Positions 9,652 through 21,100 of a stretch of DNA of 64,000 bases are shown here, piece by piece. Made by a program: the position numbers and the translations under genes. The notes beneath the pieces are model-generated. The model had not been told where the DNA came from, ran no database searches, and worked only from the letters and a program-made list of their open reading frames with translations. The DNA is taken from assembly GCA_964443275.1 (NCBI GenBank), contig CAYUCE010000002.1, forward strand, positions 358 through 64,357, written 5' to 3'. Within the stretch, counting starts at the first letter, position 1, and each line of letters starts with the position of its first letter. The DNA comes from an uncultured Thermotogae bacterium (GTDB lineage Bacteria; Bipolaricaulota; Bipolaricaulia; CAYUCE01).

Positions 9652-10782
9652 TTATTCTAAAAATAAATTCAAATATTCACCATATCCTTCTTCTTCAAGC
9701 TTATCTTTAGGTATAAATTTAATAGCCGCAGAGTTAATGCAGTACCTTAATCCAGTCGGTTCAGGTCCATCATTGAATACGTGGCCCAAGTGGGAGTCGG
9801 CGCATCTGCTCCTCACCTCAGTTCTGGTCATACCGTGGCTGCTATCCATATTTTCTACTATGTATTCTGTCTCCAGTGGTTTGATGAAGCTGGGCCATCC
9901 GGAACCGCTTTGGAACTTGTCCGCGGAGCTAAAAAGAGGCTCGCCTGATACTATGTCCACATATATGCCTTCCTCTTTGTTATTCCAGTATTTGTTTTGG
10001 AAAGGGGGTTCAGTCCCGTTTTCCTGGGTAACTTTATATTGTAGCGAAGTAAGCATCTTTCTAAGCTTTTCATCTGAGGGTTTTTGGTAATTTTCACAAC
10101 TTTTGGCTAAATGTCCTTCCCCCGGAGGTTTCGAATTATTCCAAGTCTCCTCCAGAAAATCCTCCCTTCCGGAGCCTTTTTTATATGACCCGTACCGGGA
10201 AGGATTTTTCTTATAGTAATCCTGATGGTATTCCTCTGCCGGGTAGAACTTCCTGAAGGCCAGTATATCAGTCACTATAGGATCATCGAATTTACCTGAT
10301 TTCTTTAACCCCGCCTTCGATTTTTCGGCAATCTCCTTCTGTATTTCATCATGATAGAAAATAGCCGTCCTATATTGCGGGCCCCGATCAGCAAACTGAC
10401 CTCCGGAGTCGGTGGGATCAATATGGCGCCAATAGATGTCAAGGAGTTCTTCATAGCTTATCTCAGTTGGGTCGAAAGTGATTTGAACTGTCTCCCGGTG
10501 GCCGGTCGTTCCAGATGATACTTGCTGGTAAGTGGGATTTTCCACCTCTCCGCCCGTGTATCCGGCTGTAACGTTCTTAACTCCTTCCAAGTTCACAAAT
10601 GGTGGTACCATGCACCAAAAGCAACCCCCAGCGAAGGTGGCTCTTTCCAACCCCTCACCTAGTTCATCTTGGTCCTCTTTATCCTGGGTACTTTGATAGC
10701 CCTTATTAAAAGCAGTTAGATTGGTGTATAGTACAAAACCCAGGCATAGTAAGATTATGGTCATCAGCACAGCCTTCTTCAT
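9652..10782 (-). CDS. msrAB: Bifunctional peptide-methionine sulfoxide reductase MsrA/MsrB with N-terminal signal peptide
   Basis: MsrA motif [11 protein letters not shown] and MsrB motif [11 protein letters not shown] are both present, behind a hydrophobic N-terminus. Confidence 0.9.
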   Translation of the reverse strand: MKKAVLMTIILLCLGFVLYTNLTAFNKGYQSTQDKEDQDELGEGLERATFAGGCFWCMVPPFVNLEGVKNVTAGYTGGEVENPTYQQVSSGTTGHRETVQITFDPTEISYEELLDIYWRHIDPTDSGGQFADRGPQYRTAIFYHDEIQKEIAEKSKAGLKKSGKFDDPIVTDILAFRKFYPAEEYHQDYYKKNPSRYGSYKKGSGREDFLEETWNNSKPPGEGHLAKSCENYQKPSDEKLRKMLTSLQYKVTQENGTEPPFQNKYWNNKEEGIYVDIVSGEPLFSSADKFQSGSGWPSFIKPLETEYIVENMDSSHGMTRTEVRSRCADSHLGHVFNDGPEPTGLRYCINSAAIKFIPKDKLEEEGYGEYLNLFLE

Positions 10783-11036
10783 TTATTTCACTTCCTATTT
10801 TTTAATAAATATTGTTAAATAATGTTTCTTACTTCTATTATTTATAGCGAATATTTTTGGCAGATGCCAGCTTATAGCTGTACAAAATTTAATTTTTGAA
10901 TATTTGAATCTCGGTTTAAGTGCTGATCAAGCCCCGAACAATTTATTGGAAGAAGATAAGTAGTTTTTACATGAAAAATGGGACTTAACCTAGAAGCAAG
11001 AGCACGTTTATAAATAGGGCCTACTGTCTTTATATT

Positions 11037-13034
11037 CTATTTAACCTTTGAGCCGATTTGCATATCGGAGTCAGTTTGCAAAAGCGAAACCTTGCCCTCC
11101 TTTCCTTCTGCGGCCAGCAGCATGCATTCTGATTTTTGGCCAAACAAAGTAGCCGGTTCCAAATTGGTTAATACTACAGCTTTTTTATTTAGCAAAACTT
11201 CTTTGGAATAGTGGTTTTTCAAACCGGCCACGCTAGATAGCTTTCTGTCCTTACCTACATCCACAGACAGCTTGTAAAGTTTATCAGAACCTTCGATATC
11301 TTCCACTTCCACCACTTTTCCTACTTTAATATCCATCTTCTGGAACTGCTCAAATGGAATCATAGCTTTCTTTTCCTCCTTTGTTTTCTTCAGTTGATCA
11401 TATTGGCTCTTAAGCTGGTCTATATCAATTTTTCCCAAAAGTGCTCTAGCCTTGCCCACCGGTCTTCCAGTCTCTATCTTTTCCATGGCCTCAAATCTAG
11501 TAGGATTGATTTTTAGTAGTTTAAATACCTTTTCAGAAAAGGAAGGCACAAACGGATAAAGCATTATGGAGATGGCTTTTACTAAATGCAGTGCGGAGAC
11601 CACTACCTGGGGTTTGTCCCCTTCCCAGGGCTTTTCCTTCTGGAAGTATTCGTTTCCAACTACCGAAAGTCCGGCAATCTCTTTAAGTGCAGGGGCCAGA
11701 TGGCCATCCTCGATAAGGTTTTCTACTGTGGCTTTGGTTTCCTTTATTTGTTTCAAAATATTCTGTTGAGTGGAAGCCTCAGGGATCATACTTTCATGAG
11801 AGCTATTGATAAATGAAACTACCCGGTTAACGAAGTTACTTATATTATCTACAAAGACCCCGTTTACGGATTTTTCCAGCTCATTCCAGGAAAAGTTGAT
11901 GTCTCTTTTCTCCGGCCGTGAGTAAAGCAGGTAAAACCTCCAATAGACCGGATCTAACAATTGGAGGGCATCATCGCAGTAAAGTCCGATCCCTTTTGAT
12001 TTGGAAAAGGCCTTCCCATCTATCCAGTTCATATACTCAATGGCTGAAATTTGATCGGGCAGATGATAACCCTGGCTGGAAGCAATTAATTGACCGGGAA
12101 AAATTAGAGCATGAAAGGGAATATTGTCTTTAGCTTGCGTATATACCTGCTTGATATCTTCCCCAAACCAGAAAGTTTTCCACTCCTCAGGGTCACCTTT
12201 GTTTTTAAAATATTCTATGGTGGCCGAAACGTAGCCCAGGGCGGCTTCCGCCCAGACATAAATTACCTTACCTTCTGCCCCTTCAAAAGGTGCCGGTATT
12301 CCCCATTTTATATCCCTGGTTATGGCCCGCGGTTTTAGCCCCTGATCTATCATAGATTGGGTAAATCTTTTGACGTTTCCCTCCCAATCTCTAGCCCCCA
12401 CATATTCTTTTAGCTTAGGTGCGAGCTTTTCCAAATCCAGATACCAATGCTTGGTATTCTTAAAAGTTATCTCTTTTCCGTTACAGAAGGCACATCGAGG
12501 ATTTATTAACTCTTCCGGCTCCAGCAGCGCCCCACAATTATCGCATTGATTACCCCGGGCCTCCCGATATCCGCATTGTGGACACTCACCTTCGATAAAC
12601 CTATCAGCGAGGAACTTCTCGCATTCGGTGCAGTAAGCCCTTTTTTCTTCCTTGGATTTAATATAACCGTTTCGGTCCATCTGTTTATGAATTTGTTGGA
12701 CAAACTCCTTATGCACCGGCGATTCGGTGGTAGTGTAATTATCTATCTGGATATTGAAAGCCTCAATTATATTCAAGATTTTTCCGTGTACTTGTGAGGC
12801 AAGCTCCTCAGGTTTAAGGCCGGCTTTTTGGGCTTCGTACTCAATTCTGGTCCCGTGGGCGTCTGTGCCGGATACATGCAACGTATTATATCCTTTCATT
12901 CTATAATAACGAGTAAAGACGCAGCCGGAGAGAAGACAGGCCAGCAAATTCCCTAGGTGAGGTACGTTATGCGCATACGGCCAGGCGCTTGCTATCAAGA
13001 TATTTTTAACTTTGTTTTCCAGAATCATTCTCAC
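11037..13034 (-). CDS. metG: Methionyl-tRNA synthetase with C-terminal tRNA-binding (EMAP-like) domain
   Basis: HIGH-like PYAHNVPHLGN, a zinc knuckle (CPQCG...CDNCG), KMSKS-like KFSKSKG, and a C-terminal DIKVGKVVEVEDIEGSDKLYKLSVDVG. Confidence 0.95.
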   Translation of the reverse strand: MRMILENKVKNILIASAWPYAHNVPHLGNLLACLLSGCVFTRYYRMKGYNTLHVSGTDAHGTRIEYEAQKAGLKPEELASQVHGKILNIIEAFNIQIDNYTTTESPVHKEFVQQIHKQMDRNGYIKSKEEKRAYCTECEKFLADRFIEGECPQCGYREARGNQCDNCGALLEPEELINPRCAFCNGKEITFKNTKHWYLDLEKLAPKLKEYVGARDWEGNVKRFTQSMIDQGLKPRAITRDIKWGIPAPFEGAEGKVIYVWAEAALGYVSATIEYFKNKGDPEEWKTFWFGEDIKQVYTQAKDNIPFHALIFPGQLIASSQGYHLPDQISAIEYMNWIDGKAFSKSKGIGLYCDDALQLLDPVYWRFYLLYSRPEKRDINFSWNELEKSVNGVFVDNISNFVNRVVSFINSSHESMIPEASTQQNILKQIKETKATVENLIEDGHLAPALKEIAGLSVVGNEYFQKEKPWEGDKPQVVVSALHLVKAISIMLYPFVPSFSEKVFKLLKINPTRFEAMEKIETGRPVGKARALLGKIDIDQLKSQYDQLKKTKEEKKAMIPFEQFQKMDIKVGKVVEVEDIEGSDKLYKLSVDVGKDRKLSSVAGLKNHYSKEVLLNKKAVVLTNLEPATLFGQKSECMLLAAEGKEGKVSLLQTDSDMQIGSKVK

Positions 13035-13208
13035 ACCTGCAAACCCTTTTTAAGGCGTAATTTCTCGTAAGTAGTCACGGGTGGGATATAAACAATTTTC
13101 TCAAATAGGTCCCATTTATTGTGCACACTATATCACAAAAATTTTAGCTTAGCAAGAATCCGTTTTGAGTTTTGCTCTCTAGCAGAATTTTATTCACGGC
13201 TCACCCCT

Positions 13209-13217
13209 TGCTATAAT
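13209..13217 (+). promoter_or_regulatory. Candidate TG-extended -10 element (TGcTATAAT) for the zinc-ribbon gene
   Basis: TGCTATAAT lies about 25 nt upstream of the probable ATG at 13246, which has an AGGTGA Shine-Dalgarno. This is a sequence match only. Confidence 0.25.
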
Positions 13218-13563
13218 GGTAAACGGCAAAAAGCCAGGTGATATAATGGGCAGGGTTATAGTCTTTTTTCTGATAATGGGAGGGTTAGGTTTTGGAATTT
13301 ATAAGTTTTTGAAAGGGGCATGGCTATACGATAAGCAGAAAAAGCAAGAATATGAAGCCCTAGATGAGATGAAAAGTCGCACCTGCCCTTACTGCGGCAA
13401 GCAAATTGATTTCGAGAGAGTAATATGCCCTTACTGTTATCAAAATTTAAAAGATAACTGCCCAAACTGTGGGGAGATAATAGATAAAGGCATCTCTTTT
13501 TGTCCTCATTGCGGGGTACAGCTTACCACCCAGAAATCTAAATCCGCCACTAATCCCGACTAA
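13216..13563 (+). CDS. Membrane-anchored double zinc-ribbon protein
   Basis: N-terminal TM helix, then CPYCGKQIDFERVICPYCYQ and CPNCGEII...CPHCG. The likely true start is the ATG at 13246. Confidence 0.5.
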   Translation: MVNGKKPGDIMGRVIVFFLIMGGLGFGIYKFLKGAWLYDKQKKQEYEALDEMKSRTCPYCGKQIDFERVICPYCYQNLKDNCPNCGEIIDKGISFCPHCGVQLTTQKSKSATNPD

Positions 13564-14440
13564 ATATCCTACCGGGAGGAATTAAGGTGATCTTAAAGCT
13601 TAAGTCCAGCTTCTTTAGTTTATTCGAATATTCTTTAAGATCATATTTATATCTTGATGAGATATGAATTCCCAGAAACTCCTTTTTAACTTCGGCCTCC
13701 TTGGCTACTTGCAGGGCTTCTTCCAAAGCGGCATGTTTGTATTCCTTTCTATCTTTTTCATCAAGAAAGGTTACATCGTGGCAGAGGACTTCCGTACCTT
13801 TTATATAATTTGGATTAATAGGAACTGAATCCCCGCCGTAGGTAAAAATCTTTTGCTCATATCCTTCGGTTATGGCTTCTCTTCCTTTTTTTTCGACTAG
13901 TTTTTTAATTTCACTTTGAGCCAAGTCACGATACTCATCTTTTAACCTTTCCCGGTTCTCTATGATATTATAGCCCAAGGACTCTTCCCCTTGAGTGTGT
14001 ACAGTAGGAAAAGCCTCAATGTATCTGTCATTTCTACCCTTAAGCAAAGTTTCTTTATTCCCCTTCACCATAGGTATCCACTCCAGATCGTACTTTAAGT
14101 GACGGTTAGTCCGAGATATATAATTCATAAGTTCGGAGATATAGTAATTGCCTTTGGGGTAATATATATAAAGCGGTTTTTCCTTTTCTCCCATTGCGTT
14201 ATTCCTAATATTGATCAAACTTAAAAGTCCTGCGATGTGATCGGCATGCCCGTGGGAAAGGAATACCCTCTTTATTGCAAAAGACTTGTTTCCCAAAATG
14301 CTGGAGGCGCTCTCTCCGGCGTCAAACAGTATCCGGTCGGGACTGTAGTACAGCCAGGTAGAATATAGAGCTTTGGAATAAGCTATTAATTTCATGTGAT
14401 CACAAAAAACGATTTTACAAATGATGCACTCATACTTCAA
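13550..14440 (-). CDS. rnz: Ribonuclease Z-like MBL-fold hydrolase
   Basis: ILFDAGE...FLSHGHADHIAGL is the HxHxDH motif. The C-terminal GGDSVP...VLCHDVTF...HISSRYK aligns with short-form RNase Z. The likely start is the internal Met (MKLIAYSK). Confidence 0.65.
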   Translation of the reverse strand: MKYECIICKIVFCDHMKLIAYSKALYSTWLYYSPDRILFDAGESASSILGNKSFAIKRVFLSHGHADHIAGLLSLINIRNNAMGEKEKPLYIYYPKGNYYISELMNYISRTNRHLKYDLEWIPMVKGNKETLLKGRNDRYIEAFPTVHTQGEESLGYNIIENRERLKDEYRDLAQSEIKKLVEKKGREAITEGYEQKIFTYGGDSVPINPNYIKGTEVLCHDVTFLDEKDRKEYKHAALEEALQVAKEAEVKKEFLGIHISSRYKYDLKEYSNKLKKLDLSFKITLIPPGRIFSRD

Positions 14441-14507
14441 CGAATAATTGATCCTACTGAAGGTTATACTATTGGATGAGCAAATAAAGGCTGCGGGGTA
14501 AGACTAA

Positions 14508-15962
14508 CTATCCATCAAACTTCCAGATAGTAGCTTTTTCCTTGTCTTTTAGAGTTATTCCCATCTCTTTTAGCTTTGTCCGGATTTCATCCGCCAGATC
14601 CCACTCTTTTTTTTCTCTAAGTTTGTTTCTCACTTCGATCAGAAGATCGATCATATCCTCTTCCAATCCAATCCTTCCCTTTTCACCCGGGGCTTCTTGA
14701 AAAAGGCCCAGAGGTTCGCCCAAATCTCTTATTCTGTCCACAGCCGCCTTCATCAAGGGAAGATCGGGCTTTTGAATATCCTGACGGAACCTATTAGCTC
14801 TTTTAACCAGTTCGAATATCACTCCCAACGCGCCGGCAGTATTAAAATCGTTGTCCATCTCCTTTTCGAACTGGTCCCTTACTTCGTTTAGATATTGGTG
14901 AAATTGCTCGCCCGCTTGAGAAAACTTACTTTCTGCAGGCTCCGGATTATCACCAGCCAGCTTTTCTAATTCTAACTCCGCTTCTTCCAGCAAGTTGTAT
15001 ACCCGACTCACCGCACTTTGGGCCTCCCTTAAGTTGCGGTGACTGAAGTTGATCGGCTTCCGGTAGTGCTTGGAAAGGTAGAAATACCTTACTGCCTCTT
15101 TTCCGTATTTTCCCACTATATCTCTTGCGTATTCAAAATTGCCCAGGGATTTGGACATCTTCTCGCCTTCAAAATTAAGCAGCGCGTTATGCAGCCAGTA
15201 TTTGACAAAAGGCTTACCAGTTTTTGCCTCCGTTTGGGCAATTTCGTTTTCGTGATGGGGAAATATTAAGTCCTCACCACCGGCGTGGATATCGATAGTT
15301 TCACCTAAAGTGGAAGTGGCCATCACTGAACACTCTATATGCCAGCCGGGTCTACCTTGCCCCCAAGGGCTGTCCCACTTGGGCTCTCCCGGCTTGGCTT
15401 TCTTCCACAGGGCAAAATCAAGCGGATCTTTTTTCTTCTCACCTACATGAATCCTCTGACCCGTTTCTAAATCCTCGATTCTTTTGCCCGATAGTTTCCC
15501 ATATTGGTCGAATTTAGCAACTGAGAAATACACATCGCCATCTGTTGGATAAGCATAACCTTTATCTACCAAATCTTGGATAAAAGATATCATCTGGTCA
15601 ATTCTTTCTGTCGCCTTAGGTTGGAAATCGGCCTGCTTTATCCCTAAGTTTTTAAGGTCCTCCCAATAGCTTTCCGTAAACCGCTCGGCTACTTCTTGTG
15701 GGGTGGTCTCTTCGGCAGCAGCTTTATTTATTATCTTATCATCGACGTCAGTTATATTTTGTACGTAGGTGACTTCATAGCCTTTGAAACTTTCCAGATA
15801 GCGCCGGAAAACGTCAAAGACTATAAAAGGTCTAGCATTTCCTATATGAAAATAATCATAAACAGTGGGGCCGCAGACGTACATCTTTACGCGGCCTTCA
15901 TCCTGCGGTTTAAACTCCTCTTTTTTCTTGGTCAGAGTGTTATAGACTTTTAATGTACTCAT
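14508..15962 (-). CDS. cysS: Cysteinyl-tRNA synthetase
   Basis: MYVCGPTVYDYFHIGNARP is the HIGH region and KMSKSLGN is the KMSKS motif. Length is 484 aa. Confidence 0.95.
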   Translation of the reverse strand: MSTLKVYNTLTKKKEEFKPQDEGRVKMYVCGPTVYDYFHIGNARPFIVFDVFRRYLESFKGYEVTYVQNITDVDDKIINKAAAEETTPQEVAERFTESYWEDLKNLGIKQADFQPKATERIDQMISFIQDLVDKGYAYPTDGDVYFSVAKFDQYGKLSGKRIEDLETGQRIHVGEKKKDPLDFALWKKAKPGEPKWDSPWGQGRPGWHIECSVMATSTLGETIDIHAGGEDLIFPHHENEIAQTEAKTGKPFVKYWLHNALLNFEGEKMSKSLGNFEYARDIVGKYGKEAVRYFYLSKHYRKPINFSHRNLREAQSAVSRVYNLLEEAELELEKLAGDNPEPAESKFSQAGEQFHQYLNEVRDQFEKEMDNDFNTAGALGVIFELVKRANRFRQDIQKPDLPLMKAAVDRIRDLGEPLGLFQEAPGEKGRIGLEEDMIDLLIEVRNKLREKKEWDLADEIRTKLKEMGITLKDKEKATIWKFDG

Positions 15963-16822
15963 TTTGCTTTATTTGATTTAATCCATACATCATGCTGGGG
16001 AAAAGGTATTTGTATTCCGCTCTCTTTAAACTTCTCTTTTATCTTAAACCGAGCTTCGCTAGCTACGTTGATGCGGTATTCGGATGAAGGGATCCAAATC
16101 CTAAGTTCAAAATCAAGTGAAGAATCACCAAACTCCTTAAAATAAACATAAGGCTCCGGTTCCTTTAATACGTCCGGCAATTCTTCTGCCACTTCCAGTA
16201 GTTTCTCTCGTACCAAATCCACATCTGTACCATAGGCCACCCCTACCGGTATCCTTAATCTCAAAGTGAGATCTTGATATGACCAGTTGATTACTTCCTT
16301 ACTTATTAAATCGGAGTTGGGAACTATGATGGTTTCATTGTCCAAAGTATTTACTATGGTTACCCTCATCTTTATATCCACCACCGTACCCACCGTCTGG
16401 CCAATCTTGACTACGTCACCTATTTTAATGGGCCTTTCTAAGAGCACAATTAACCCGGAAGCAAAATTGGAGATAATATTTTGCAGGCCAAATCCTATAC
16501 CCACCCCGAAAAGACCCGCAAACACGGTAAGAGCTGATAGGTCAAAGCCGACCATCTGCAGGCCAATGATTACACCTAAGGTGATTAAAACGTATCTAAT
16601 CAGACGAGCCAGGGCATACTGCAAGCCCTTGTCTACCTGAGTGCGGGGGAAGACTTTCCTCTTCAAAGTTCCCACTATGAATTTGGACGCCCATATGGCA
16701 ATCAGCACGGCCACCACCAGGTAGACAAAAGACATCAGGGTGACCGAGCTTTCCCCGATCTTAAAAAGGGGCATAGTTAAAATATGCCCGACGGAGTCAA
16801 AAAAGTTCATTATCACCATCAA
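15959..16822 (-). CDS. Mechanosensitive ion channel, MscS family
   Basis: Three TM helices followed by the conserved MscS beta domain (IKIGDVVKIGQTVGTVVDIKMRVTIVNTLDNETIIVPNS). Confidence 0.85.
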   Translation of the reverse strand: MMVIMNFFDSVGHILTMPLFKIGESSVTLMSFVYLVVAVLIAIWASKFIVGTLKRKVFPRTQVDKGLQYALARLIRYVLITLGVIIGLQMVGFDLSALTVFAGLFGVGIGFGLQNIISNFASGLIVLLERPIKIGDVVKIGQTVGTVVDIKMRVTIVNTLDNETIIVPNSDLISKEVINWSYQDLTLRLRIPVGVAYGTDVDLVREKLLEVAEELPDVLKEPEPYVYFKEFGDSSLDFELRIWIPSSEYRINVASEARFKIKEKFKESGIQIPFPQHDVWIKSNKAK

Positions 16823-16895
16823 CTATATCTAGCTTAACAAACGATTTAAATGGGTGTTGTTTAGTATAGCTTTCATTCCCTAGAATATCAATAAT

Positions 16896-17372
16896 ATGAG
16901 ACTTGAACCCCTTTTAGTTGTGTTTGTAGCCATCTTACCGGTAAGTGAATTGAGAGGAGCCATACCCTTAGCCATAGCTAAATTTCACATGTCTCCAATC
17001 TCGGCTTACTTTTTAGCGGTTGTAGGAAACGTAATCCCCGTGATTCCCCTACTGCTCTACCTACCTAAAATAACCGACCTTCTTAGAAAGGTGCCCATCC
17101 TGGATCGATTCTTTCAGTGGTTGTTTGCACGCACCCGACGAAGACATCACCAAAAATTCAATAAATTCGGTGCCCTAGCCTTGGTTTTGCTGGTAGCCAT
17201 CCCCTTTCCGGCCACCGGTGCTTGGACAGGCAGTCTGGCTGCTTATCTGTTCAAAGTCAAGTTTCGATACGCTTTCTTGTTAATATTTTTAGGAATTTTG
17301 ATTGCGGGAATAATCGTAACCTTAGCTCATCTGGGGACAATTAGCTTTCTTGGTTTACTTAAAGGGGGGTAA
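16896..17372 (+). CDS. Small polytopic membrane protein, possibly of the putative small multidrug export family
   Basis: 158 aa with four predicted TM helices. The N-terminal LPVSELRGAIPLA motif resembles the PF06695-type family as remembered. Confidence 0.4.
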   Translation: MRLEPLLVVFVAILPVSELRGAIPLAIAKFHMSPISAYFLAVVGNVIPVIPLLLYLPKITDLLRKVPILDRFFQWLFARTRRRHHQKFNKFGALALVLLVAIPFPATGAWTGSLAAYLFKVKFRYAFLLIFLGILIAGIIVTLAHLGTISFLGLLKGG

Positions 17373-17404
17373 TCACCATCCATCGACAAGCTGATAGTTT
17401 AATC

Positions 17405-18064
17405 ATGGGAATTGACGAAGCCGGCCGGGGACCGGTTATCGGACCCTTAATTATTGCAGCGGTAACCATAAAATCCTCCCAGCTAACTTGTTTAAAAGAT
17501 TTGAATCTAAAAGATTCCAAACTGGTCCCCAGGCCAGAAAGAGAAAAACTTTGCCGGATTATCAAAAAACATACTGAGCAGGTGCAGTTGGCTACCATTT
17601 CCCCTAAGCAAATAGATAATGATAACATCAACCGCATTGAAATTCGCACCATAGCCAGTTTTATTAACCAGCTCAACCCGGATCAAGTGTATTTTGACCT
17701 CCCGGTAAACCCTGGCGGCTCTAGCAACTTCCATCGGCAACTTCAAAGGCTGATGGATAATCAATCAATCAAGCTGATCGGTGAAAACAAGGCGGATAAC
17801 AAATACCCGCTCGTGTCAGCCGCTTCAATTTTGGCCAAAGTGGAAAGAGATAGGAAGATAAGGAAACTACACGAAAAATACGGGGATTTCGGTTGGGGAT
17901 ATCCGGCCGAAGAAAGGACCAAAAATTTCCTTATCCGATGTTATAAGATGCAAGGCGGGTTTCCGAGATGTGTAAGAAAAAGGTGGGCCACGGTAAAGAG
18001 AATAGAAGAGAGCTTCAAAAATATATCTTTTCCCTTTAATGAATCCGGCAAGGATGAGGATTAG
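17405..18064 (+). CDS. rnhB: Ribonuclease HII
   Basis: MGIDEAGRGPVIGPL active-site motif. Length is 219 aa. Confidence 0.9.
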   Translation: MGIDEAGRGPVIGPLIIAAVTIKSSQLTCLKDLNLKDSKLVPRPEREKLCRIIKKHTEQVQLATISPKQIDNDNINRIEIRTIASFINQLNPDQVYFDLPVNPGGSSNFHRQLQRLMDNQSIKLIGENKADNKYPLVSAASILAKVERDRKIRKLHEKYGDFGWGYPAEERTKNFLIRCYKMQGGFPRCVRKRWATVKRIEESFKNISFPFNESGKDED

Positions 18065-18113
18065 TCAGGGCCAACTTGAGTGACCTGCCTTCTTTATCCT
18101 AGACTATATCAGA

Positions 18114-21100
18114 ATGCTTAAAACTATAGACCGATACATCTTAAAAGAATTGACTTTCCCTTTCTTTGTAGCTGTGGGAGGATTTATCATTTTTATAACC
18201 CTTAATTTAATCTTGCAGCTATCTGATTTTATGATAGATAGAAGCATCTCCCTTCTGGTCATGGTTAAGCTGCTTTTTTATAAACTGCCCGAATTGTTGG
18301 TGCTTTCCCTTCCGGTAGCCGTTTTATTTTCGGTCTTTTTGGCACTGGGGCGTTTGGTACACGACCGGGAGATAGTGGCCATGCAATCGGCAGGTTTTTC
18401 ATGTAAGCGAATAGTGGTGCCCATACTTATAATCGGCCTTTCAGTGGGATTTTTCGATCTTTTTCTGAATGATCGAGTTGCCCCCTGGGGTAACCATCAA
18501 TATCAGATGCTAATTCGTCAAATAATCTATAGAGGAGAAGCCCCAAGCATAAGGGATAATACATTCTTCAAAGGGGCAGAGAACCGCTTCTTTTACGTAA
18601 GCCACTACGATTCCCAGAAGAAAATTATGGAAAACATCCTGATTTATGACAAGACCGAAGGATTCGAGTTAGAGGAGTTATCAGGTACCTATCCCAAGGT
18701 AATAACTGCAAAAAAGGCGGTGTGGAGAGGCACCACCTGGCACCTTCAAGATGGGGTTATTCACAAATATGATGACAACGGCGATCTGGTCTATAAAGCT
18801 CAGTTTGAAACCATGAAAATAGAGATCGGGAGGGATTTACAAAATCTGCTCACTCAGGAGCGGACCCCCCAGGGAATGAGCCTTTCGGAGTTGGGAGAGA
18901 AGATAAATACCATGCGCCAAAGCGGTTTAAATTACGACAGCTTAGTAGTAGAATATCATTCCAAGATATCAATTCCATTTACGGCTTTTATTTTTGCCTT
19001 ATTCGGGGCTCCCTTAAGCCTTATGTTCGGAAAGCGAAGCAGAGGAGTGGGGATAGTGATCGCTTTACTTCTGGTGGGAACCTTCCAAGGGATACTGCTT
19101 TGGTCACAGACCCTGGGAAGGAGGGGGATCATAAACCCCGTATTGAGCGCCTGGATCCCTAACCTGATATTTGGACTGGTGGGCATTGTATTATTTCTTA
19201 TGATGGATAAGGTCCATATAGACAACATCTGGCAAAGGATAAAAAGAACTATCACTTTAGTGGTCATTTTTCTTATATTATCTATCGGCTTTTCGAACTA
19301 CGCGTGTGCCGAGGAGAAGAGTGAATTTATCCCCCCTATAGATCTTCAAGCAGATTCTATAACCATCTCTCAAAATGAGAGGGAAGTTGAAGGGGCTGGA
19401 CACGTAAATATAACTTACGGCCAAAATCTCATCCAGGCCGACCGAATAACCATGTCCGAAGTCAAAAAAGAGGTTTGGTATATAAAGGCAGAAGGAAATG
19501 TCAGTTTTAAAAACGAAGATTTTACTACCCAAGCTGACCGAATGGAATCCATCTTGGAGTTAAAGGAAGACGGGAACTTAACTTCAAAAGAAATAACTCT
19601 ATCCGACTTTACCGCCGATCTACGCAAAAAAACCAAAACTTCAGAGTTTAAAGTTACCGGCCAGCAAGCAAAGTTTGCAATCGATGAACAAATCAGGCGG
19701 GTAGAAATTAGGGGCGGGGCAAGTTTCCAGTTAGAAAACGTCCACATATCAGCCGACCGAATCATTATCGGCAAGGATGAAAATGGTCAAAAGGAAGCAA
19801 AAAATAACCAAGTTAAAGAAGCGGATTTATGGAAATTAACGGCGGCTGGAAACGTTTTACTTAAAGAAAGGGAAAGGACTACCCGGGCCGGGCAGCTTAC
19901 TACCCACTTTAGATGGCTCAAGGACCAGGAAATAAAGATTTTGGCTTATGAGCTGGCCAATTTTGAGGGAAAATCTTCTTTTATAAATTCCAACCAACAA
20001 GAGCAAACTATACGTTACCAAGGTGAGAAAGCCCGGCTTTCCTACGATAAAAAAGGGGGACTTGAATTAATCGACGTAGGAATAGGGGATTTCACTACCT
20101 GCATAGATTGTGCTTCCTGTATCGAGAAGGAGGCATATTCTATGAAAGCCAATCGGGTACTCATTTACTCCGATTATCTGTTGGTGGCTTTTGATATAAC
20201 CACCCGAATTTTCGGTCTCCCTATTTTCTGGTACCCCATGTACCTGGCGCCCTTACAAGAGACCAGGGAAAGCCCGCTCTTTCCTGAATTTGGAAGAAGT
20301 GAAACAAGGGGATGGTTTGCCAACTGGAAGTTTCCCTTTTTCTTAACCGATGAAAGGCGAACCTACGGCTATTTGCTTGTTGACTACTTTAACCGCTTCA
20401 ACGAGCTGGGTACCGGAGTGGAGCTACATTATACGGTGGGAGAACATGCGGGTAAAATTCATGCCTACCGGCTGGCTGGAAGAAGGGGCGAATACTTGGA
20501 TTTATACGCAACTTATGGTTTGCCAATCACCGAGCACATAAATCTTAATCTGAGAGCCGATTTGAGAGCCGGTTTGTATGAGGAATTAACCAATCGCAAA
20601 CTTCAATCCTACCTGGAATTGATCGGAAGTTACGACCAATGGAGTTGGAATTTCAAACTTTCCAGAGCCCACCATACAGAAGACCCGGAAAGTGAGGAAG
20701 AAAACTATCAAATATTGGAGAGGGTACCCGAAATCATGGTAAAGAAAAACCCAACCTCCGATAACCTATTTCGCTATTCCTACGGGATCAATTGGGGAAA
20801 GTATAGGGAAAAAGACTTTACCCGCCCGGATTTTTTAACCGCCAGCCGCTTTTACGGGTGGTTAGACCTCGATCTAAAACAAATTTCTCTTGGTGAGGAC
20901 CTAATTAAGTTCAACTTACCCTCTATGATTAGATTCTCACTTTACGGAAAAGACAGGCCCCGTTACGTCTTGGGGACATTTCCCACCCTGACTTTGAACC
21001 CTTTACAGAACCTCACGGTAAGAGCAGATTACAAGTTTCAGGCATCGGTTGGGGACACCCCTTTTGAATTCGATAAGTTAACCAAAAAGAACAAGACCTT

